Shown: piece after piece, positions 12,073 through 24,876 of the stretch | Layout: each line of letters opens with the position of its first letter | Numbering within the stretch: position 1 is the stretch's first letter | Source: Podarcis cretensis | Taxonomy: Eukaryota | Direction: 5' to 3' | Assembly: GCA_951804945.1 (NCBI GenBank) | Contig: OX638150.1 | Span: forward strand, 46,996,001-47,060,000 | Length of the DNA: 64,000 bases | The notes under the pieces: generated by a model | Told to the model about the DNA's origin: nothing | Database searches by the model: none | The model's input: only the letters and a program-made list of their open reading frames with translations | Position numbers and translations under genes: made by a program

Positions 12073-13767
12073 AAGCCAGTTAAGCTAGAACCTGCTTTCC
12101 TGAAAACCCGCTGCCAGTGGTCAGGAATGGCTTGCCCCCTTTGCCATTGTTCTTCAGAAGAGGTATTTTATTTATCATTGTTAATGCCTCAACCAACATT
12201 CTCTCAGAAACTTCTACCTTACATTAAATCCCGTAAGAAAATATTTTAAAAGCAAATTGATATGCAGGATTCTCTAGCGCAACATATTTTACGGCTGACA
12301 TTGTCTGAATTTTTTCGAGGAGCTCATATTTGAGTTCTCTAATTCAAGCAAATAGATTCTATTCCAAATGTAGCTATAATGTGTCCTAGAAGGTTTGCAT
12401 GTTATTTGAGTCCCTTGCCTAGGAATGTAAAGCACATATTTAAACTTCTTTATTAAAAGTACATACTATATACTCCAATTATACGGTTCATGTTCAAGCT
12501 GTGTTGTTTTCCATTGAGAAATCTTTAGGAGATATTAAAAGGGAGGGGAGTAAAGGTTTTAAATTCTGATTGAAGAGTTGCTGTGTTGAAATCTGCCGGG
12601 AATCTATTATTGCACATATGCTCCTTTATGCAAGTGCAGCCATGTGATTTTTTTTTTTAAAGCACTGTATATAGTTATCTGTGCCTTGCATCTGGAATTG
12701 CAGTCTGACTCAGATCATTAAGCAAGAGGAAAATGGGATATCTGGGTGTATAAAAACAAAGTATGGATGTTTATAAAGCATGCAGTTCTGTACACTGTGG
12801 CATACTCTCTCTCTCTTTCTTTTTTGCACCGCTTCTTGATTTTATGTGTCCGCTGTACAAAGACTAGCAAGGGTCCAATAACAACAAATGCTATGCAGAT
12901 TAAATCTGATCATACACTGTTACTAATTGAGCTGCATGTGCCCAGCTATGAAGTAAGGTCCTAAAAAACGCAGATATTCTTGTCGTAATGGAGATCCTAA
13001 ATGGGCCATTAGCAATACCTGCTAGTGCAGCTCAACTGCTGCTTTGCCACTTGAACACATTGCAGCACGTGCACAGCTAATTCTGGAGAAAGTTAGGAAG
13101 TATTTCCCATCCAACCACACTAATGGGTGACTTGGACAGGACAAGTCAGTTACAAAGACCTTCTACTCTTGCTCACCGGAAATGCAACATACTGTTGCGT
13201 TTTTCAGGTTTTAACCCTCTTTGGGAACTTAATTATGTATAAATTCTATTTTGCTTCTTCCCTAGGCCAGCTGGTTTTGAGTGTCATGAAAGGGCAACAA
13301 ATTGTTAGCCATGCAATTCTTAATTGTGACACGTTTACTGGCAAGGAGCACTAGCAGTGTTTCTGCAGGGTTTCTGTACCAGGTCCTAAAATAGCACAGT
13401 TGTGTTTGGGTCCTCTGCTCCTTTGCATGGTTGGAGGTCGAGGAAGGGACATTTATTGCTCTTCTATATGCTTGGTAATTTCATCTTTCTCAATGTTTTC
13501 CACCAGCTCTCCCAGGACAGTTGGTAAGCTAACCAGCCTGCCATTTCCAGAACCCTCTCTGGAAGCCTTTTGGTTTTATATTGCCCCTGAAATATTGGTG
13601 GTGCCATTAGGTTCACTGGGAATATTATTCTTGAGACCAAGAAACATTGGTAGAAAATATATTCATAGTACTTGGGCACCCATCCTTTACTCACCTGGGC
13701 ATAAGTCCCATTGAACCTGGTAGCAGACATGTGTAGGATTGCACAACTAGGTTCCATTACATGGCAG

Positions 13768-14186
13768 TAGCATTGTAGCAAACTGAACACTGATAAGTGC
13801 TTACAACTACTCCAGTGCTAACATTGCCACCACTGTATATTTTCCATCTTCCTGCTGAGGAGCAGAACACCCTTTCCTTTTAGAGATGGAAGATGATCTG
13901 CTTCCATCTAAGGGCTGTAGCAAGGGGAGATGTGGGCAGGCAAGTAATCACCCTCCTTTTTAGATTCCCCCCTTCCTCTTCTTCTTTTACTTGTATGCAG
14001 TGAATATACTTGCATTTATTCTCTCTCCAGCACTGTTACCTCCTTCCTTTCTGATGAAAGCTTGAGATGTATGCCATAGAACTGGCTACAGGGGGCATAT
14101 TTCCCAGCATGCATAGTGAGTGGGAGAGAAAAAGATGTTAGCAACCACCTGCAGCATATACCAGTGTTCAATTATCTGTTATGCTA
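13768..14186. mobile_element. Degenerate foldback/MITE remnant
   Basis: Inverted blocks TAGCAT..AACTGAACACTGA..TGCTAACAT on the left and ATGTTAGCA..CCAGTGTTCAATT..ATGCTA on the right. Confidence 0.45.
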
Positions 14187-14429
14187 CAGGCACAGGCACA
14201 TTAAAAAGAGGCCTCAAAGTGTGTTTCCGGCACTATGAGCCTCTTCTTTTATACATGTCTGTCGTTGTCCCCATCCTAAATTATAACCAGGAGCTAGATA
14301 TCTGGAGGAAATGTGCCTGTTTTCAATCTACTCAATAGCCATGAAAATTATTTCTTACTTTTATATTTGGCAGCTACTGTTCGTAATTTTATTTCTTTTA
14401 AACTTTACTCTTCAGCCTAAAGTCACTTT

Positions 14430-14810
14430 AAAACAACAACACCCTGCCATATAAATCAATAAAACTCTTCAGGATGAAAGCATGGTTAAAACAGCATAAG
14501 AACAATATCTAAAATGCCTGATCAGTAGAAGCATTTACCTGGTGCTAAAAGGAAATATATATGACTCCAGGAAAACCTATTGAGATGTTTTCCACAAGCA
14601 GGGGGCCACAGCTGATAAGACCCTTTCCCTAGTTACCACCTGCCTTACAGAGAGATACCTCTGAGGGTGGCAAAATCTATGGGGTTCATTTGTGAGGGAC
14701 CAATCTTTAAGGTACCTGCATCCTATAAGATTTACAGTTCTAAAGCTTAGAAGTAGTATTTTCAGTTGCACCTGGGAACAGACGGAGAGCTATTGTAGTT
14801 GTTTCAAAAG
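14430..14810 (-). mobile_element. Old L2-clade LINE 3' fragment
   Basis: Minus-strand peptide ...ERVLSAVAPCLWK resembles the L2 ORF2 C-terminal RAFSVAAPxLWN motif. Confidence 0.6.
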
Positions 14811-15019
14811 TAATGAGATATTGTTTGCTATCTATAAAATATTGTAGGTCTGTAGCCCACTAGCGCTTTCCCCCCTAGATATTGGTAGATAAAGAGAATT
14901 AAAATGAGATAAGATTAACTAGAAGATTAGTGAAGTACTGTAGCTTGCCTTGGGACAAATGGAAGTGATCAGCAAATGCCATTCTGCTATACTTGCACTT
15001 TCCAGGGATGGTGAATAAG

Positions 15020-15162
15020 AGAAAATTCAAGACGGGGATAGAGGAAGGAAGTACTTATCCACAGTCGCACAGTTAAACAATGGAATTGGCTGTCACAAGA
15101 TGTAGAGACATGGCCTTAAAAAGGGATTAGATGATTTCATGGAGGATAAGGTTATTAGTGGC
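15020..15162 (+). mobile_element. CR1 LINE 3' fragment
   Basis: GGAAGTACTT...AGTTAAACAATGGAATT...AAAAGGGATTAGATGATTTCATGGAGGATAAGG is a typical squamate CR1 ORF2 end. Confidence 0.7.
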
Positions 15163-15474
15163 AGGGCTTGCTGATCAGAAGGTCAGCAGTTCAAATCCCC
15201 GCCATGGGGTGAGCTCCTGTTGCTCCTGCTCCTACCAACCTAGCAGTTCGAAAGCACCTCAAAGTGCAAGTAGATAAATAGGTACCGCTCTGGCGGGAAG
15301 GTAAACGGTGTTTCCGTGCGCTGCTCTGGTTCGCCAGAAGCGGCTTAGTCATGCTGGCCACATGACCCAGAAGCTGTTCGCCGGCTCCCTCAGCCAATAA
15401 AGCGAGATGAGCGCCGCAGCCCCAGAGTCGGCCACTACTGGACCTAATGGTCAGGGGTCCCTTTACCTTTACCT
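15163..15474 (+). mobile_element. Sauria SINE, 5'-truncated
   Basis: High similarity to 7158-7516; (ACCTTT)n tail. Confidence 0.92.
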
Positions 15475-16968
15475 GTGGGCCTGATTTCCAGCTTTGGGGC
15501 TTTCAACAAGCAGCTGGTATGCCACTGTGGAAATCTATCTGTCTGCAGCCATTCTTCCAGGCAATAGGAGGCAAAACGATGAGAGAGAGAAGCCTTTACC
15601 TCAATTCTGCTAAGGCACCATCTCCATTAGGTTCCCTCCTCAACTTTTCTCTATCAGCAACCATACACCAGGCTTCTGTCTGTACATTAGTAATGTTTTG
15701 GAATGGCACTCTGTTGGCTCTGTTGAAAGACTAGCAACTTTTGATGCTTCCTCTCCAATTTATTCCTATCCAGCTGGCCAAAAACTTCTTTATTAAATCT
15801 AGAGCCCGAGATTGTGTCCCCCCCCCCCCACAAACCCCTTTCCTTTTGTGTTACATGTTTTAGCTTGTAATTCCAACGATAGGGACAGATATTTGCAAGG
15901 CACCCTGGAAGTCTGGGATAGAAGTGCTTTAAAGTTATAAAATAATAAACAAACAGAATGGCTGGACCAGGCAGGTCTCTGGTCTGATCCAGCAGGGATA
16001 CATTCCTATTTTTCTGCAAATATTATACAATGTTAAATAAGAAAAAAAAATATATGAAACTTGAGAGGTTAAGCATGCGAGTGAGTTAAGAATTATTACT
16101 TAGGAACTGGGTGAATTATTTCATGTATAAAAAATTCCATTACACGATAATTACAATGCTGAGGTAAAACTGAAAACATTTTCAAAAAGCACATATCACC
16201 AGCTTAATCTGATAATGGATATGTATGGGTTCCTTCCTGTTTTTTATAAATAGCTTACATCCGATACTTTCCCCCCAGACACAACAAGCATAATAATTGC
16301 AGTGTCTGGGGCAGCTGAAAGCATGAGGCAAACACAATCTAAGCATGCAGAGTTTTTTTCCCCATTTCCAGAATAATTGTATACTCTGTCATATGTGATT
16401 GCTTAAGTGGTGTGCAGCGGGAGAGCATAAAAACTAAATAAACAATGCAAACCTTTTTTTAATTAAATAAGAGCACTATTATACTCCATTGCTTTGATTT
16501 CAGTTGTTCATGAACTTCAAAGAGAAAATTGTTCTCCCTGTTTTAAGCATTTAGTATACTTTTTTTCTCCATGGCTATTGCACAATGAAGCAAAAGCATG
16601 GGGAAAGGAAGAGAAATTCTTTAATAATTAGTTACAGTAATCATATAGATCATTGCATTCTTATCTGTAAAATAGATGAAAAAGAAGCCAGGGTCACCAC
16701 TCTACTTTTCCTTCTTAATTGTACCACCCACCTAAGTTTGCAGGGGGCGGGTGGTGTGGAGTGTTTATGTACTTAGGTCAGCCTGATCTCTGGGATTCCA
16801 GGAAACATTTGTCAGGTTGATTGATGCAATTATATCCCACCTTTCATCACTTTCATGATCCCAGGGTGAGTTTAAAAAACAACACACACACCAACCATAA
16901 AAATATAAAATATAATTTAAAAATTCAGAAAGACATTTTCCCAGCAGACCAAGCTCTGACTCAACACT

Positions 16969-17345
16969 GCCACTGTGGTCTAAACCACTGAGCCTCTTGG
17001 GCTTGCTGGTCGGAAGATTGGCAGTTCAAATCGGCTTGATGGGGTGAGCTCCCATTGCTCTGTCCCAGCTCCTGCCTACTGAGCAGTTCGAAAGCATGCC
17101 AGTGCAAGTAGATAAACATGTACCACTGCGGCGGGAAGGTAAATGGCATTTCCGTGTGCTCTGGTATCCGCCACGTGTTCCATTGCACCAGAAGTGGTTT
17201 AGTCCTGCTGGCCACATGACCCACCCAGAAAGCTGTCTGTAGACAAACGCTGGCTCCCTTGGCCTGAAAGCGAGATGAGTACCACAACCCCATAGTCGCC
17301 TTTGACTGGAGTTAACTGTCCAGGGGTCCTTTACCTTTACCTTTA
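16969..17345 (+). mobile_element. Sauria SINE, more divergent subfamily
   Basis: CACTGTGGTCTAAACCACTGAGCC head, GCAAGTAGATAAA core, (ACCTTT)n tail. Confidence 0.9.
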
Positions 17346-18341
17346 TACCCCAGCATTACTGTAGCATCCAGCTTTCAGCTCATAAGACTCCCCCCTTTTT
17401 TTAAGGAAGAAGGAAGAGTTGCTTTAAACTGATAACCAGAAGCTGTTCTAATCTCAGGTGCTCACTAGCTGGCCTCCCTTGACTGAATTCAATTCATGCT
17501 CAAGGGAAGAATCATTTGGTAACTTCTCCCATGGGGCTTTTTTCAGATCAGGACACACAGGTAGACAAGGAGACTGCAGAGTACTAACTTTTTGTTTATT
17601 TGTTTGTTTAATGGAAATAAATGATAGCAACAGCAACAAAACACCCACTGCTACTTTGTTGTGATAAGGCCAGCTCAAAGTCGTGGACAGAAATTTGGAA
17701 ATGCCCTGAGAAAAAGTCAGAGTTGTTGTTGTTTTGAGAAATTTTGATGACAGGTTTCAGCACAGCACTACTTCAAAGTCACCACTTTGAGGGAGGCTTC
17801 CTTCCACAGGGTGAGGGAAAGAGGGAAAGCTACCTCTTCTTCCCTTTCTCATGTCTGTTGTCTTATGTGGCATAAGATGAAAATGCTAGTGGCCTATGGG
17901 AGATCTAGTTCTCCCAAGTGGACTCCTGGAATAGCTCTTGGGAGAAGTCTCATGAGCCAGCATGCCAATCACCATGGTAGTACAGCTACATAATTTCAGC
18001 ACCCTGGAGAGTGGCTTGATGCTTTCCTTCGGTCTGCATGCCACCACTGAATCTGCTCCCATCTTTGGCTGGCATATCTTTAAGTGGAAGTAGGCTGGCA
18101 AGGCAGGTATAGGGGGTGGCAAATGGCAGAGAGGAGGGTCCATGCTACCCCTTTAAAAAACATCAAATTGCCTTGGAATATAAATCATATTATTTACTTT
18201 TGTGGGAAGGGAAAACTTGACTGATCTCAAACAATGTGATGTGAGGGACACAGAGCAAGGGCTCACTTTCAATTTAGCATTGAAATTGGATAAAGTTCTA
18301 AGTTGGATTTTTTTAAGTGCTCCTTTCTTCTTTATTTAGTA

Positions 18342-18566
18342 CAGTGGTATCTCGGGTTAAGTACTTAATGCGTTCCGGAGGTCTGTTCTTAACCTGAATC
18401 TGTTCTTAACCTGAAGCACCACTCTAGCTATTGGTGCCTCCTGCTGCCGCCGCGCCGCCAGAGCACGATTTCTGTTCTCATCCTGAAACAAAGTTCTTAA
18501 CCCGAGGTAATATTTCTGGGTGAACAGGTCTGTAACCTGAAGCGTATGTAACCCGAGGTACCACTG
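18342..18566 (-). mobile_element. Tc1/mariner (Tigger/pogo-like) MITE, family A
   Basis: TA TSD; TIRs CAGTGGTA(T)CTCGGGTTA / TAACCCGAGGTACCACTG; internal TAACC(T/C)GA repeats. Confidence 0.9.
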
Positions 18567-18669
18567 TATTCCTTTATGGCATGGGAGAGGCAAGTCCCTT
18601 CAAAAAGCCTGGTCCTCACTGTCTGTAGGTCTCTTTCTAGGATCCCTGGCAAGAAAAAAAATATACTTT

Positions 18670-18940
18670 AGCAATAGTGGACAGTGTGGTGGGTTGGCAA
18701 TGACCACATGACCTCTCATTGGTCATGCTGCTTCTGCTTACTGGGAGGTAGAGCAGGAGGAGTAAGGCACTGGCAATGTTAGCATGGTGCAAACATGCTA
18801 GTGTAGCCAATCTGGTCATCCCACCATAATGTTTTCATTGCCCCCATTCATCCCCATCTGTGTCTCAGTAAGCAGCAACAACATGACTGGTCAGAGGTCA
18901 GATGAGCATGTTGCCCAACCATCCCATCTGCTACTGCACT
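18670..18940. mobile_element. Degenerate foldback MITE with ~56-bp imperfect inverted arms
   Basis: 18691-18746 aligns with the reverse complement of 18863-18920 (blocks TGACCTCT, GTCATG, CTGCTTACTG). Confidence 0.6.
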
Positions 18941-19525
18941 CTAGATGTCTACAAGAGCACCAGCCACTTTCTTTGCTGCTTCCATGGCATCTGAGGTAGG
19001 GTGTGTGTGTGTGTGTGTGTCTTTTATAGGAAGGGGAGAAGGAAGATGCTCAAGGGGTAGAAGCCAGCATAGTTAATAAGAAGCACTAATAGATTCCCTA
19101 TACAGACATACGAAATCCAAGAACAAAAAATAGGTCAGCTGCATGACAAATACAACACTCAACCCACATTTAGAAGAAGCTCTTTATCAAGGGAAATGTA
19201 TGTAAAAGTGAAGCAAAAACTTGCCCTGCTTAACCACTCAATCTCCCACTGCATTTTCATTTTGTCTCCAATTCAACATCATTCCTAGTGGAACAGCCTT
19301 TTGCCAAATGCTTCATTTAAATGCCAGCTTTCTGTGGAAGATCATCCAATTGCCTTAAAAGAAAAAAGTCATATGTATATCTCTGCTCAGAGAAAATCCT
19401 AATGTTTATTTCTTCATTTTTCAAAAATAACTTTAAACTTACTGAGATAATTCTGTTTTCATCCTTCCCCTTTAAAGCTAGATCTGCACTTGTGCATTTG
19501 GCAAAAGATTATGACATTTAAAAAA

Positions 19526-19556
<31 letters not shown>

Positions 19557-20291
19557 CATATTTAAAAAGAAAGAAAACATTTTATTACAAAAATTAATAA
19601 AGAAACTCATATTTATATGTTTGTTTTTTGGAACATACTCTTTGCATTGTCACATGCTCTCCACTTTCAAGGTCAGTACTTATATGGGTATTGCTTTCTT
19701 TGGAAGAAGAGGTCACAGAGGATTTACGATCTTAAGTCAGATCTCCAATAGAGAGACACCTCCCGAAATGCCTTCCGATCTTACTCTCTAGTTCTTTCTC
19801 TCATTCTGTGTCTATGTCGAGATGCAGTTTCTTTTTCCCTTCCCCCAAACCTGCTTGTTTTCTCATTTACCAATAAATAAATCAATCTATTGTTCCATCA
19901 CACCCACATTTATGTAGCTTGGGGCCCCTCCTGCTAGCTGGAAGGGGAAAATGAATAGTCATCCCTGGTTCTGAGACCAAAACAATTAGTTACCATCATG
20001 AAACATCTTGGGTCATTACGTACCTAACAAAAGTTTTGGTAATGACCAGTCCCTTTGCAATCCATGTAGATGGTACTGGTTGTCTGTTGGGTACTTATAA
20101 CATGGAATAGTAGGTTCAGCTGCATTTACCTAATGAAACCTGTCAATGGAACTCCTATGCAAGGACTTCTCCTTTCCCCAAGTACTCCACTGCAGTTGGC
20201 TTGAGTATGCAGGGAGAAAACCTGGAACAGCCTGTAGAGGGAAGGTATCATATTGTCCGCTTGTACAGATGGAATGTTCAACATCACATAA

Positions 20292-21657
20292 TGTGATGTC
20301 TATTCGGTGTCTATTCCAGTGAACAAACAAATTTGGGACCTTGGTCCGTATCTCAGAGGACATGGTAATGGCTGCTTACCTCCCTTGCAGTGAGCGGCGG
20401 TTGCAGCCCGACACGGTGCCTCCTCTATCGGCCCAGATGCACTGCACCATTTTGGCTGTGCGCATCCCCCTTGGCCACTGCAGAGATTCATGGGTTCCTG
20501 CCAAACCTGGCTAATTCAATTCAGCCAATCTTCGGCGGTCTTTTGGGGGGGACCTGGCTTGGCGAGTGGACCTGAGGGAGGCAAGCTTCACTCAGGTTCA
20601 CACACCAACTATATATCCCTGCCAACCCTGAATGCTTCATCCAGTCAGCTGGGAGCATCACCCACTCTTTCCCTCCCTACATTAATAAATGGTTACTGCT
20701 CTAACCATTTTTTTTGCAGCTAGGAGGGCTTTGCTGTGGTCTTTTGACTGAGGCCATATTCGGTGCTGGGAAGGAATTTCCTCTGTGCTGCGGGGTTCGC
20801 CTTCCCCATAGCACTAGCCACAACTTGGCAGTTGTGACCTTGGACAGACTCTTATAGTCTTTCATCCAGATGGGGTGTGGTGAAGTGGTGACTCACCCAC
20901 CCACTCTGTTCTCTGTGGCAGTGATAACAGGGTACCCCATTAGAGGGGTCTGGAGGGAAGTCTCTGTGCAAGGAGCCAGTTGCATAGGGGGCGAGAGAGC
21001 TTCCCTCAGCATTTGGGGGCCATCCACATAAATCTGTGTTTTGTAATGGATCCCCCGCTCCCTGGATAGACCCTGTCATGTCCGTTCCCCACCAGGGTGC
21101 TGAGAGGGATATAGGCCCAATATCTATATCTATATCTATGCCAAGGTTTCCTACATCTGAAATCAATAAAGTTGTGGCCATTTTAAATCCCAGAAAGTTG
21201 TGTCCATTCATTTACCCCCCCTTAGCAGTTAGTCTAGGGACCAGGCAGGTGGCACTGTGGGTAAAAGCCTCAGCGCCTAGGGCTTGCCGATCGAAAGGTC
21301 GGCGGTTCGAATCCCTGCGGCGGGGTGCGCTCCCGCTGCTCGGTCCCAGCGCCTGCCAACCTAGCAGTTCGAAAGCACCTCCGGGTGCAAGTAGATAAAT
21401 AGGGACCGCTTACCAGCGGGAAGGTAAACAGCGTTTCCGTGTGCGGCTCTGGCTCGCCAGAGCAGCGATGTCACGCTGGCCACGTGACCCGGAAGTGTCT
21501 CCGGACAGCGCTGGCCCCTGGCCATGGGCGCACAACCCCAGAGTCTGTCAAGACTGGCCCGTACGGGCAGGGGTACCTTTACCTTTACCTAGCAGTTAGT
21601 CATGCTGGGTGGGGGGACTCTGCAGCTGGGCATACAAAGCTGGAACTAAACATCACA
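20292..21657 (+). mobile_element. LTR-like unit (~1.0 kb without the nested SINE); solo LTR or DIRS/Ngaro-type remnant
   Basis: Terminal 8-bp inverted repeat TGTGATGT (20292-20299) / ACATCACA (21650-21657); CCAAT, TATATA and two AATAAA motifs in order on +; raised GC and CpG; no TSD seen. Confidence 0.55.
21237..21590 (+). mobile_element. Sauria SINE, young CpG-rich subfamily, nested in the LTR-like unit
   Basis: B-box GGTTCGAATCC; (ACCTTT)n tail; 11-12-bp TSD (T)AGCAGTTAGTC at 21223-21234 and 21590-21601. Confidence 0.93.
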
Positions 21658-21662
21658 AGATA

Positions 21663-21904
21663 CAGTGGTACCTCAGGTTACATACACTTCAGGTTACATA
21701 CGTTTCAGGTTACAGACTCCGCTAACCCATAAATAGTGCTTCAGGTTAAGAACTTTGCTTCAGGATGAGAACAGAAATCGGGCTCCGGTGGCGCAGCAGC
21801 AGAAGGAGGCCCCATTAGCTAAAGTGGTGCTTCAGGTTAAGAACAGTTTCAGGTTAAGTACGGACCTCCGGAACGAATTAAGTACTTAACCTGAGGTACC
21901 ACTG
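21663..21904 (+). mobile_element. Tc1/mariner MITE, family A
   Basis: TA TSD; perfect TIRs CAGTGGTACCTCAGGTTA / TAACCTGAGGTACCACTG. Confidence 0.92.
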
Positions 21905-24876
21905 TACTAGTATACCATACCCATATTGCCTAATGCTGTAGCTCCTAACAGCTTCAATTTCCTAGCATTTTGGAACAAGTATTGATAACCCTCAATAGAC
22001 ATGATAGACCAAAAGCTGTTTTGTTAACAATGTTAATATTAATATGATTCCAGTCATTGTTGGAAAAAGACAGGCAGGCTACTGTTTGCTGTTTAAAAAA
22101 GAAGTTATCCGGTAGTGCTTTTAAAACCATAATATTTGGGCACTGGCACTGCAAAATAACTTTGGTCAAAGGACCAGTGATACCACATAGTGAAGGAGAA
22201 GTGCTAGGAAACATTCCCTTCCAAAATCCTGGAGAAACACTGGCAGTAGAGAGCTAAATGGAGCAATGATCTAGCTCATTATAAAGCCATTTCTTATATT
22301 TTATGTTCCTTCCTACGTATCATTTGTCAACAGAATTTCATCTGATGAATCGGAAGCACCACAGTTTAGAATATTGCTTTGAACCTGTATCATGTGTTAA
22401 CAATAATGTGATTTACCAGAATTAAATTCCGCTTGAGGCACAGCGATGCAATGATTTGAATGACAAGTCATATGACTATCTGTAAAAAATCATGGCTATT
22501 TGTGCATTAAGGAAATGGTATTGTCATCGTTTTTTCCCAAAGACCATCCCTGAGCTTTTTCTCTATTAAATTTCAATTAAAATTTGGTTGGAGGACAAAT
22601 GTTAGAAATGTAAGTCTATAATTTTTTTATCTACCATGAGCTGTTAGTAAAGCACAGTAGTTTTCCATATTTGGCATTTATTAATATTTTGAATACTATT
22701 GCGCTTTTTAAGCTGAGTGTGGGGGAATTCTCATGTGGGATTATTAAATGAGTTGATTTGCATTCTAATGAGAACAAATGTTTGGGATTGCATTGTTAAA
22801 ATGCTAAAACGGTGTGTGTATAATTATTTTGCAGCTTAGATTTGCAGAACTCATCTCCCCAAACTCTTTAAAAAAACCAAAAAAACTAAAGAGACAGTGC
22901 ATACTGACGGCTGGAGGGGAGGTGATTAGGGTAATTTAACTGTTCACAAATGACTTACTACTGAATGAAAGCATTTCTTTGGCTTTGCTGGGCTTCTTTC
23001 ATTATCTTTAAGCGGCTGCAGTGCTGAGTCCCTTAAGAAGTCTCACCAAGCTCTCTTTCCTTGTACAATTTCTCATTTGTATTGATTAATCATTTTGTAA
23101 TTCTATTCTGGGCTGACTTGCTCATCTTTAAGGCATGTGCCGCTTTTCCTTAACTTGTCTATCCTGTAACAGTTATGTTGTCTCTTCTAATACCTTAGCT
23201 TTATCACTGCAAGTCAAGCTTTAAAACATTAATCCCTTCATGCTTTAATTTCATATTCTATTACAAGAATGAGTGCAAATACAGTTTCTTCTTTTCACTT
23301 CCTTTTCATTTTTTAAAAATAAGGTCATTTTAAAAATAGGAAGGGAAGAGTGGGTGTGTTTGTGTGTGTGTGTGTTTACTAGGGAGTAAATCACAAATGT
23401 GTTTGGGTAGTCTTGTTTTGAGCAGACACATACATTGCACACTTCATGTCTATTACCTGCCAGCCAGTTTACTCCAGCCTTTTTGAATGAGTGATGTTTA
23501 TTTGTTATGTTCTCCATCTCAGGGGCAACATCTATGCACTATTTTCCTAAAAACAGAACTTGTGTAGCTCGAGGGAAATCACCATGTGCAACTCCTACAA
23601 CCGTTACTGTTAATTTCTTCCCTACTGTATCATAAACAATCTAGATTGTGAAGTATTTGAATCACAAAGAATAAATGTCTCACAATATATGACAGCCAGA
23701 TAAAATGTTGACACGACTGGCTGTTTAAATTTCACAAAGAATATCATCAAAGTGCAGCAATGTCAGTAGGAAAAAATAAAAAAGTGCAAGTGCGGTTGGA
23801 ATACTGTATTAAGTGTTTAATAATATTTGTGAACTGGCTGGAATAAAACATTAGAAAAGAAACAGGTTACATCTTTTAATATTAAAATAAATAAGTTGTA
23901 CATTCACAATGTGAAGTTCTTGGAGTTTTTGGGAAGCATTCTTTTTCAAATCAAGGTTGCATTCTTTAGTCCTTTCATGCTAAGCCACAGCCATATCTCA
24001 AAGAAAGTTTACTTCTAAATCATTTGCAAAATCTGTACATGGGCATCCGCCTTTCAGAAGGAATAGGAAATGTTTACTGCGGGTCACATGGAATCCCCAA
24101 GTCCTTGTGTTTAGAATATCTTGATGTTGCTAGGAGAAAATGCCAAGAGACAGCTGTGATCAAAGTTACTCCAGCCAATTTCCAGGCCATTTTCTTTCCA
24201 TGCCACAATCATGCCTCCTAGACATATAGACATATTAGAACTGCAAACTTCCTTAACTAGACCTGTTCCTGAACTTTTAACAGCCGCTGAAGAGGCAGAA
24301 AATTTAAGTGAAGCTTTTCTTTATTGTTTAGAAAATGCTTTCTACGCTTAATTTCTTCATACAAACTGCTGCTGCCCTGGAGACAGCCAATAAAAAACCT
24401 AACATCATTCCATATATTGTTATCCACAACACGATTGATTGACTGAGAAGGAACACCAGACTAGGGTGGTTACACAAATGTTGTCACAACTTTGGGCAGA
24501 AATGGGATTAGATATGCATAGTAAAGAGGGGCCCCATAAAGGAGAGGGGGCAGATTAGCTTGATTATGTGCCTTCCTTGGCAATAAATCTATATGAAAAA
24601 AGTATTGATTTATTAAATTACTGTTAATAGACAAGATCACAACATAGGTTGCCTTACACTGATGCCACAGGTTGAACAAGAGACCTTCTATATGCTAAGC
24701 AGGTTCTCTGCTGCAAAGTTTTTCTTCCTAAGTAGAGAAGGTATCAGTTGAAGTGGAACAAACAGAAGAAGGGATTAGCCCTTCGGTCAAAGTGGTCACA
24801 ATCTCTCATGCTGATTTATTTGCTGTACCAACAAAACTGGGACCATTACTTCATTCCATATCCCTCATACCATATA

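Noticed and set aside
17883-17963. Imperfect hairpin with a 10-bp core TTCTCCCAAG/CTTGGGAGAA
   Set aside because: Large loop and irregular stem; probably a decayed palindromic DNA element.
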